From assembly GCA_029210725.1 (NCBI GenBank), contig JARGFM010000009.1:39253-103252 (forward strand): 64,000 nt of DNA, given 5' to 3'. The translations under genes were made by a program, and so were the position numbers. Positions 57,587 to 64,000 of the stretch are shown in pieces. This DNA comes from Bacteroidales bacterium. GTDB lineage: Bacteria > Bacteroidota > Bacteroidia > Bacteroidales > GCA-2748055. The notes beneath the pieces are model-generated. The model saw only the letters and a program-made list of their open reading frames with translations. It made no database searches and had not been told where the DNA came from. Every line of letters begins with the position of its first letter. The stretch's first letter is position 1.

Positions 57587-59059
57587 TTAATCCGTAGAAT
57601 CACCTTCCGTCAGTCCGGGTGCCAAATAGACCTCCATATTCGATATGGCGGGACAGGCTCTGGAATCCAGGATATTGAAGCGCAGTTTATCGCTGCTCAC
57701 ATCATCAAAACGTAAAATCCGTTTGGACCCGATGGTGGTCTGAAGGTCGATCTCCTCCCAGGCGCCATCTTTCCAGGCCTCTATGGAGAACTTTTTCACT
57801 CTTTGACCCAGAGGAATATACTCCTGTACCAGAAAACGGTTAAAGGTCGTTTCCTTACCAAAGTCGATGATCAGCGAGGCAGCAAGCGTATCGTCATCCG
57901 TGGCCCAGTAGCTCTCCGGGTCCCCATCGACGATTTTTGCAGCACTGAATTTCCTGGAATCAGCTCTGACCTGGCTGGCAGTCACTCTCTGATCCCTGGC
58001 CAGATCGGTCTCCAGATCCTTCCGGATCACCTCCACCATCTTTTTCAGCTGCTCCACATCCTTCTCATGGATCAGTCCCCTCCTGTCGACCGGGAAATTC
58101 AGAAGAAACGAGGAGTTCCTTCCAATGGAGTGGTAGTAAATATCCACCAGTTGACTAAGCGTTTTTACCTTATCGTCCTCCGATGAATGATAGTACCATC
58201 CGGGCCTGATCGATACATCCACTTCGGCAGGCACCCAGTGGGTCCCGTCCTCATGACCGCTGGTCAGATCTCTGTAATTGGGCGATCCGGGATAGAACTC
58301 ATCCCTGCGAAGGAAACACCAGTTGGTTTCACCGGCCCATCCCTCTTCATTTCCCACCCAGCGGACATCCGGACCAGCATCACTGAACATCACGGCAAGG
58401 GGCTGCAGATCCCTGACGATCTGACGGGTATTGGGCCAGTCGTAATAGGTCTCCCGGTCGACCCGCCTCTCCTCGTTGGCCCCGCCGTAATAGCCGGTAC
58501 CCCCGTTGGCCCCGTCAAACCACACTTCAAAAACCTCCCCGTAGTTGCTCATCAGCTCGGTCAGCTGATTCCGGAAATAGCTGAGATAAGCCTCTGTGCC
58601 ATAGTCTGCATGATTCCGGTCCCAGGGGGAGAGGTACAATCCCAGCTTCAATCCGTACTCCCGGCAGGCATCGGCCAGTTCCCTGACCACATCGCCCTTC
58701 CCGTCTTTCCAGGGAGAGTTCCTGACCGAATGCTCCGTGTACTCCGAAGGCCATAAGCAAAAACCATCGTGGTGCTTGGCGGTTAATATGATCCCCTCCA
58801 TCCCTGCCTCCTTGCAAACCCGGGCCCACTGCCTGCAGTCCAGCTCTGAGGGATTAAATAACTCCGGTGATTCTCCCCCGGTCCCCCACTCCATATCCGT
58901 GAAGGTATTCATATTAAAATGCACAAAGGCATAGAATTCAAGCTGATGCCAGAGGAGCTGGCGCTCTGAAGGCACCGGCCCCAGGGCTGCAGGAGGAGGG
59001 GGCTGATGACATGAAACCAAGAGGGTCAGAGCCAGAAGAGCAGGTATGAAGTATTTCAT
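57587..59059 (-). CDS. GH29 alpha-L-fucosidase with C-terminal F5/8 type C (discoidin) domain
   Basis: 490 aa with a lipobox (LLVSC). YAFVHFNMNTFTDMEWG, ILTAKHHDGFCLWPS, YLSPWDRN and WFDGANG are GH29 motifs. The C-terminal AAKIVDGDPESYWATDD is discoidin-like. Confidence 0.85.
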   Translation of the reverse strand: MKYFIPALLALTLLVSCHQPPPPAALGPVPSERQLLWHQLEFYAFVHFNMNTFTDMEWGTGGESPELFNPSELDCRQWARVCKEAGMEGIILTAKHHDGFCLWPSEYTEHSVRNSPWKDGKGDVVRELADACREYGLKLGLYLSPWDRNHADYGTEAYLSYFRNQLTELMSNYGEVFEVWFDGANGGTGYYGGANEERRVDRETYYDWPNTRQIVRDLQPLAVMFSDAGPDVRWVGNEEGWAGETNWCFLRRDEFYPGSPNYRDLTSGHEDGTHWVPAEVDVSIRPGWYYHSSEDDKVKTLSQLVDIYYHSIGRNSSFLLNFPVDRRGLIHEKDVEQLKKMVEVIRKDLETDLARDQRVTASQVRADSRKFSAAKIVDGDPESYWATDDDTLAASLIIDFGKETTFNRFLVQEYIPLGQRVKKFSIEAWKDGAWEEIDLQTTIGSKRILRFDDVSSDKLRFNILDSRACPAISNMEVYLAPGLTEGDSTD

Positions 59060-59117
59060 GGTGGAAGCTTAATGATGGTCTTTACCAATGTTGCCTGTGG
59101 CTAAGGACAAAGAACTC

Positions 59118-59480
59118 CTATTTTTTCTTGGCGGTGATTGGTATGCTTCCCTCGCTGTAGGCAGCTGTTCCTTCCATGGAATCTTTCTCTACAGTTAACT
59201 TGATCTCCACAGTCTCCATTTCCACAAAAATATTAAATGAAAGAACGTTGTTTTCATAGACCACATTCCCGGCCTCCGATTCAAATTCGCCAAGCACCAT
59301 CTTCACGGTGTAGTCTTTAGCCTCTTTGCTTATCACAATATCTCCTGAACTGTATTCATAGGGCGCCTGAGGGGCTTCATAGGCCCAGGTTCCGGCAGGG
59401 TCCATCTTTTTCTGGGCTGAAACGGTGGTGGCAAAGGTTGCAAGCAGCATCAAAATCATTAAGAATCTTACTGTTTTCAT
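59118..59480 (-). CDS. Small secreted hypothetical protein
   Basis: 120 aa with a clean signal peptide (LMILMLLATFATTVSAQ). It has beta-rich composition, and I recognised no family. Confidence 0.5.
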   Translation of the reverse strand: MKTVRFLMILMLLATFATTVSAQKKMDPAGTWAYEAPQAPYEYSSGDIVISKEAKDYTVKMVLGEFESEAGNVVYENNVLSFNIFVEMETVEIKLTVEKDSMEGTAAYSEGSIPITAKKK

Positions 59481-59600
59481 GGTGAAATTGTTAAGTGTTT
59501 GAAATTAAATACGGGGTCATTTGGTAAGCTAAGACAAGTTACAAGAAAATACATTTCTTCCATCGTTTCTGCATCCGGATTTTCCGTAAATTAGAATCGT

Positions 59601-60299
59601 ATGGAAGATAACCAGGAGCTGAAACGGATCAGACAAAAGATCATCGAAGGCGGAATCAGGCTGCTGAAAGAGGGCCTGGTGACGCGAACCTGGGGAAATA
59701 TTAGCATCAGGGTGGATAAGAACCGTATGCTGATTACTCCCAGCGGACGTACTTATGAAGATCTGCAGCCGGAAGATATTGTCCTGGTGGATTACCTCAG
59801 CTGCAGGCATGAAGGAAAAATCAGGCCCTCCTCTGAAAAGGAGCTTCACTGCGAAATATACCGAAGCAGGAAAAATATCCATGCAGTCATTCACACCCAC
59901 CAGATGAATGCCTCTACGGTGGCTGCAGCCCGCCGGGAGCTTCCCCCGGTTCTGGATGATATGGCTCAGATTATCGGACCCTCGGTCAGGGTAACGGAAT
60001 ATGCACTCTCCTCCACAAAAAAAATTGCGAAAAGGACGGTCAGGGCCCTGAAAGGAAGAAATGCCGCACTGATGGCCAATCACGGGGCCGTTTGTGTGGG
60101 GCGCAACCTGGAGGAAGCCTTTGTGGTATGCCAGGTCCTGGAGAAAGCCTGCAAGACCTTTATTGAAGCTGAATTTTTGGGAGGCGCAAAAAGCATCAGC
60201 AAATTTGATGCCCGGCTGATGCATCAGAAATACCTGAGGAAATATTCCATAGAAGCGGATAAAAACAGAATGGGTCCATCGGGAAATAACCGTGGGTAG
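59601..60299 (+). CDS. Class II aldolase/adducin-family protein (L-fuculose-phosphate aldolase-like)
   Basis: 232 aa. WGNISIRV, MLITPSG, SSEKELHCEIY, AVIHTHQ and LMANHGAVCVG (Zn-ligand His motifs) are present. The antisense 231-aa ORF is rejected. Confidence 0.8.
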   Translation: MEDNQELKRIRQKIIEGGIRLLKEGLVTRTWGNISIRVDKNRMLITPSGRTYEDLQPEDIVLVDYLSCRHEGKIRPSSEKELHCEIYRSRKNIHAVIHTHQMNASTVAAARRELPPVLDDMAQIIGPSVRVTEYALSSTKKIAKRTVRALKGRNAALMANHGAVCVGRNLEEAFVVCQVLEKACKTFIEAEFLGGAKSISKFDARLMHQKYLRKYSIEADKNRMGPSGNNRG

Positions 60300-60430
60300 T
60301 GATCTTGCCGGACCCGGAGCTTACATTCATCCTTCAAAACGGCCATTTCGTGGAAAGCAGTTGCCAGGAACCTGCTCCAATAAAAAATTTCATGTAAAGA
60401 AATTTGACATTCACGGAACATTGATTACAT

Positions 60431-60802
60431 TTGGTCACACAGCCTGATGATACCATGGTAAAAAGATGCACAGCTCACCACATGGGTATAGGAAGAATAA
60501 TCACAGAAGAGGGTGAATTTCTTATCCAGGTGCTTTTTACAATCGCTGTTATTTCTGCAGGTATATTCCTGCAGCTGAACTTTTTACAGTGGACCATTGT
60601 TACCCTGCTCTCCACTGTTTTTCTGTTTACCGGGTTTTACAGAAATGCCGTCTTCCTGGCAGCCAGGTATGACGACTCCATTTCAGCGGATCAGGCTGTG
60701 CGGATCAAAGCCTTGAGTAATGTGGTACTGGCCTTTATTACCGGCTTCTCTTTTTTCACCTATCTCCTGATCTTTATGCCAAAGATCAATCAGATCCTAT
60801 AG
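60431..60802 (+). CDS. Small three-helix membrane protein, DgkA (diacylglycerol kinase)-like topology with degenerate catalytic motif
   Basis: 123 aa from TTG, with an alternative ATG at 60455. The helix pattern and the C-terminal RIKALSNVVLAFITGFSFFTYLLIFMPKI resemble bacterial DgkA. The expected E..NTAIE..VD segment reads GFYRNAVFLAARYDD. Confidence 0.35.
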   Translation: MVTQPDDTMVKRCTAHHMGIGRIITEEGEFLIQVLFTIAVISAGIFLQLNFLQWTIVTLLSTVFLFTGFYRNAVFLAARYDDSISADQAVRIKALSNVVLAFITGFSFFTYLLIFMPKINQIL

Positions 60803-62638
60803 CATGGACCCTGCCACCTCCACGGCCAGATGGTATCGTCCGAAAGGGGCACTTACCTGGATCCCCTGAACAAAAGCGGAAACCCGTTCAACCATACCCC
60901 GGGCAATCTCGATTCCGGCTTTCAGCTGGTCCTCCTTGTTATCGTAACTGGCAATACGAGAGATCAGCTCGTCCGGCACATAAACACCCGGCACCTCGTT
61001 CTTCATAAATTCAGCATTACGCAGACTAACCAGCGGCCAGATCCCGGCCACCAGGGAAAGACTCCCCAGATTCGCTTTCTCCAGGAATCTCTCCAGCGAA
61101 TCCACATCAAAAACCGGCTGGGTTATCACATACTCGGCACCTGCCTCCTTCTTCAGCTGCAGTCGATGTATTTCATTCTCCGGATTCACGCTGTTGGGAT
61201 CCACTCCCACCCCGGTAAAAAATGAAGTGGGATCTCCGATTCTTTTCTCCCCCACATCCATCCCGTGATTCAGATTATTGATCAGGTGCACCAGTCCGAT
61301 GGAATCAATATCAAAAACAGCCGTGGCCTGGGGGTAGTCCCCGATCATGGGCGGATCGCCCGTGATTGCCAGGATATTCCGTATGCCCATGGCCGTGGCT
61401 CCCAGCAGGTCCGACTGCATACCCAGCAGGTTACGGTCCCTGCAGGTATAGTGAAGGACCGTTTCAATGTCGACCTGGTTCTGCAGCAAGACTGCCAGTG
61501 CCAGTCCGGTCATACGTGCCGTGGCCCGCGGACCATCGGGAATATTTATGGCATCCACCCTGTGCTCCCTGAGCAGCCTGGCTCCTTCCAGGGGTTTGGT
61601 GATATCGGTGCTGCGCGGGGGCACCATCTCCACCAGGACCACCTGACGGCCTGAGCTTATCTTCGCTGCCAGTTTCGACTTCTCAGCCAAAGGTACCGGG
61701 TCGGGCAAGGGTTCCTCGCTTACCGGCTTCAACCCGATGTTTATGGAATGCTGGATCCGGGTCTGCTTCATGGCCAGTGCATTGGCCATTTTCGCTATAT
61801 GCTCGGGAGTGGTGCCGCAGCATCCCCCCAGCATCCTGACCCCTTTTTCAATAAAACGTTTTGTATAGACCGAGAAATACTCCGGGGTGCTCATATAAAT
61901 CATCCGGCCATCGGTGAACTGTGGCCGTCCTGCATTAGGCATCAGGCTAAGAGCTTTATCCGTCAGACGTCCCATCTGCTCCGCGAAATCCAGCATGGGT
62001 TTGGGTCCCACCGTGCAGTTCAGTCCGATCACAGTGGCCTCACTCCTGTCAAGCACTGTAGTGACATCTTCCAGATCCACCCCATAACGAGTTAAGCCGT
62101 CTTCCCCCACGGTCATCATGGCCACCACCGGCAGTTCTGAGACACTCACGATGGCCTTTATAGCCTGCTCCATCTCCCTGATATCCTGGAAGGTCTCCAG
62201 GATAAAGAGGTCAACACCCGCATGGTTCAGAATGTCGGCCTGCCGGGCATAAGCCTTGAAAACCTCTTCCAGCGAGGTCTCTCCCCAGGGTTCAATCTCC
62301 AGACCCGAAGGTCCCATGGAACCGGCCACATAAACCTCCCCGCCGGCTGCCTTCCTGGCCAGCTCAACCCCTTTCCGGTTGATCTCTTCCATTTGATCCA
62401 GGAGGTTGTGCGATTTTAACTTGAAACTGTTGGCTCCATATGTATTGGTCTCAATCACCGTAGCTCCCGCCCTTACATATTCCTCATGAATGGAAAAGAT
62501 CAGTTCGGGCCTGGAAAGATTCAGCTCGTCGTAACACTTATCTATAAAGACCCCCTTTTCGTAGATCAGGGAGCCCATGGCGCCATCCAGTAAGACCAGA
62601 TTGTCCTTCAGAAACTCCTTAAATGAAATCATGTGCAA
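60797..62638 (-). CDS. Bifunctional homocysteine S-methyltransferase / methylenetetrahydrofolate reductase (YitJ-type)
   Basis: 613 aa. The N-terminal Hcy-binding barrel has LLDGAMGS, IETNTYGAN, IGLNC and GGCCGTTPEHI. The C-terminal MetF domain has VVLVEMVPPRS, INIPDGP, LHYTCRDRN, ILAITGDPP and YVITQPVFD. Confidence 0.85.
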   Translation of the reverse strand: MHMISFKEFLKDNLVLLDGAMGSLIYEKGVFIDKCYDELNLSRPELIFSIHEEYVRAGATVIETNTYGANSFKLKSHNLLDQMEEINRKGVELARKAAGGEVYVAGSMGPSGLEIEPWGETSLEEVFKAYARQADILNHAGVDLFILETFQDIREMEQAIKAIVSVSELPVVAMMTVGEDGLTRYGVDLEDVTTVLDRSEATVIGLNCTVGPKPMLDFAEQMGRLTDKALSLMPNAGRPQFTDGRMIYMSTPEYFSVYTKRFIEKGVRMLGGCCGTTPEHIAKMANALAMKQTRIQHSINIGLKPVSEEPLPDPVPLAEKSKLAAKISSGRQVVLVEMVPPRSTDITKPLEGARLLREHRVDAINIPDGPRATARMTGLALAVLLQNQVDIETVLHYTCRDRNLLGMQSDLLGATAMGIRNILAITGDPPMIGDYPQATAVFDIDSIGLVHLINNLNHGMDVGEKRIGDPTSFFTGVGVDPNSVNPENEIHRLQLKKEAGAEYVITQPVFDVDSLERFLEKANLGSLSLVAGIWPLVSLRNAEFMKNEVPGVYVPDELISRIASYDNKEDQLKAGIEIARGMVERVSAFVQGIQVSAPFGRYHLAVEVAGSML

Positions 62639-62668
62639 ATGTACAGTTTTTTACAGCTTTACCAGTCT

Positions 62669-64000
62669 TCAAGGCAAAGCCGGCCTGGAGTGAATATACC
62701 CGAGCCGCCGCTGCACCTGCTGGTCCTGCAGAACAAGCGGGGAAAGCTTTCCCTCGTCCAGCTCAAAATGGCAGGCATAAGGACCATCCCTCAGCAGCAC
62801 CAGCGAGTTAAGAATCAAAAGAGCCTCCACCCCGTCGCAGCATCCGTAAAGTGCATCCAGGATCACAGGGACCGGATCGCCCAGTCCGGTCAAACCCAGA
62901 AACTCAGCCGCCCGGGTACGTACCAGAAGATCAGCGTCTTTGCACAGAATCCCGGCCCGATCCCTGAATTCCCCTGCTTCTGAACCAAAAGCACTGCATA
63001 CGATCAGTCCCCAGTACTTCGTAAAGGGATCCTCTGAGTCCAGAGCCTTTATAATTCCGCTTCGTGCCTCTTCATAGGGCAGCAGTTCCAGGTTGGCAAT
63101 ATCGATCAGATGACCGATATCGGCTTTATGCTGCTCTCCAAATAAAACAGGATTCCCGAAGGCATGCTTGCGGAGATAATTCTCCGGGTAGAAACTCAGA
63201 TCGGGCATTCCCTTCTCCCACCCGGCCAGCAGCGCTCTCATTTCCGAGAGCTGATCCGAAAAGGCCGGATCCCCGGCCAGGTTCCGGGTTTCAAAAGGAT
63301 CCTTCGCCAGATCGTACAGGGCTTCCGGTTCTCTGGGTTCGAAGAAAGCAGCCTGGGCCGGGTTAAGTTCACCGGCCCGGTACATGTCGCGCCACTGTTC
63401 ATAAGCCAGGCAGAGATAGCGGTAATTGTTCTGCAATCCATCCACATTAAAGGGTTGATAACTCCGCATATATTTCAGATCTCCACGCCTGACGGTGCGA
63501 ACCAGATCATACTTCTCATCGAAGCGGTCGGCATATCCATAGGTGATTTCCCTGCTGCCAGACTCTTCCGCTGAAACCCCCTCACCCAGGAAGGGAACCC
63601 CATCCATTGCTCCGGGAATCTCAATCCCGGCCAGCTTCAGGAGGGTGGGCCCAAGATCGATAAAGCTCACAAAACCATCCGAAGCCTCTCCCCGCTTCAG
63701 ATCTGTCAGGTGCCTGAATTTCTTCGGGATCCTGACCACCAGGGGAACATGCAGTCCGGTCTCATAAAGATAACCCTTGCTGCCCGGCAACACACCCCCG
63801 TGATCCCCGAAATAAAAGACAAAGGTACTCTCCAGCAGATCCTCCTCTTCCAGCTTCCGGATCACCCCCCCGACTATGTTATCCACCCCCAGGATCTTAT
63901 CGCGGTAATACGCAGAGGTAAAGCGGAATAGATCGGTGTCGGGATGATTGGGAAAAAGCTGTATGCTGTCGGGATGACAAAGCGGGTGGTACGACTCCAT
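62669..64000 (-). CDS. Sulfatase, C-terminal portion with an extra helical-repeat tail; N-terminus lies beyond the right window edge
   Basis: The frame is open to the window end. TFVFYFGDHGGVLPGSKGYLYETGLHVP is the conserved sulfatase C-terminal Lys/His region. About 130 aa of helical repeat sequence follow (DSEDPFTKYWGLIV...RTRAAEFLG), which looks HEAT-like. Confidence 0.8.
   Translation of the reverse strand: MESYHPLCHPDSIQLFPNHPDTDLFRFTSAYYRDKILGVDNIVGGVIRKLEEEDLLESTFVFYFGDHGGVLPGSKGYLYETGLHVPLVVRIPKKFRHLTDLKRGEASDGFVSFIDLGPTLLKLAGIEIPGAMDGVPFLGEGVSAEESGSREITYGYADRFDEKYDLVRTVRRGDLKYMRSYQPFNVDGLQNNYRYLCLAYEQWRDMYRAGELNPAQAAFFEPREPEALYDLAKDPFETRNLAGDPAFSDQLSEMRALLAGWEKGMPDLSFYPENYLRKHAFGNPVLFGEQHKADIGHLIDIANLELLPYEEARSGIIKALDSEDPFTKYWGLIVCSAFGSEAGEFRDRAGILCKDADLLVRTRAAEFLGLTGLGDPVPVILDALYGCCDGVEALLILNSLVLLRDGPYACHFELDEGKLSPLVLQDQQVQRRLGYIHSRPALP

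Noticed and set aside
59529-60224. 231-aa minus-strand ORF
   Set aside because: It overlaps the class II aldolase gene, which carries the conserved His motifs (HTHQ, ANHG). The antisense product has no recognisable features.
60385-60405. AT-only hairpin AAATTTC-atgtaaa-GAAATTT between the aldolase and dgkA-like genes
   Set aside because: The stem is made purely of A/T pairs. The T-tract lies on the strand where no gene ends nearby. It is not convincing as a terminator or regulatory element.
62639-62668. Looked for a SAM (S-box) riboswitch upstream of the yitJ-like gene, and a cobalamin riboswitch at 29732..29863
   Set aside because: Only 30 nt are available upstream of yitJ. The 132-nt corrinoid/fhs region lacks any B12-box-like conserved core that I can recognise. 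This needs Infernal to be formally excluded.

Overview
This 64-kb window is densely coded (about 49 CDSs). It has no rRNA or tRNA genes, CRISPR array, integrase or transposase that I could recognise. All family calls come from reading motifs in the supplied translations, and no searches were run.

The content points to a Bacteroidota chromosome, probably an anaerobic or facultative marine Marinilabiliales/Bacteroidales-like organism. This is an inference from signal peptides ending in AQ/AQQ, lipoprotein-rich glycan enzymes, a giant TPR protein, MutS2 and a YitJ-type MetF.

Layout:
- 1-12 kb: a minus-strand block for using sulfated or deoxyhexose glycans. It holds two sulfatases, FucP, a RhaM-like mutarotase, KdgK, GH42, GH127 and DUF1080, plus an orphan FkbO-like chorismatase homolog.
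- 12-16.2 kb: two HlyD-type adaptors and a TolC, with no inner-membrane transporter.
- 16.3-27.6 kb: one plus-strand array, partly translationally coupled, of exported beta-propeller proteins. It comprises two CRTAC1/ASPIC-UnbV proteins, a TolB-like protein with a C-terminal CXXCH, a YVTN propeller fused to a di-heme peroxidase-like domain, and a Reg_prop propeller. It ends with two orphan LivK-type binding proteins flanking a DAHP synthase.
- 27.6-33.9 kb: a corrinoid methyl-transfer and C1 module (RACo-type activase, corrinoid protein, Fhs, methyl-THF:corrinoid methyltransferase, MetV-MetF fusion).
- 34-39 kb: gyrB, then a tight three-gene cassette (ABC-type ATPase, DUF4276/TOPRIM-like protein, AlkD-family protein) that looks like a defence-type insertion.
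- 39-64 kb: envelope and housekeeping genes, followed by a second fucoside/sialic/sulfatase group.

The two best candidates for an undescribed system are the ATPase-TOPRIM-AlkD cassette and the HzsA-related/propeller-cytochrome operon.
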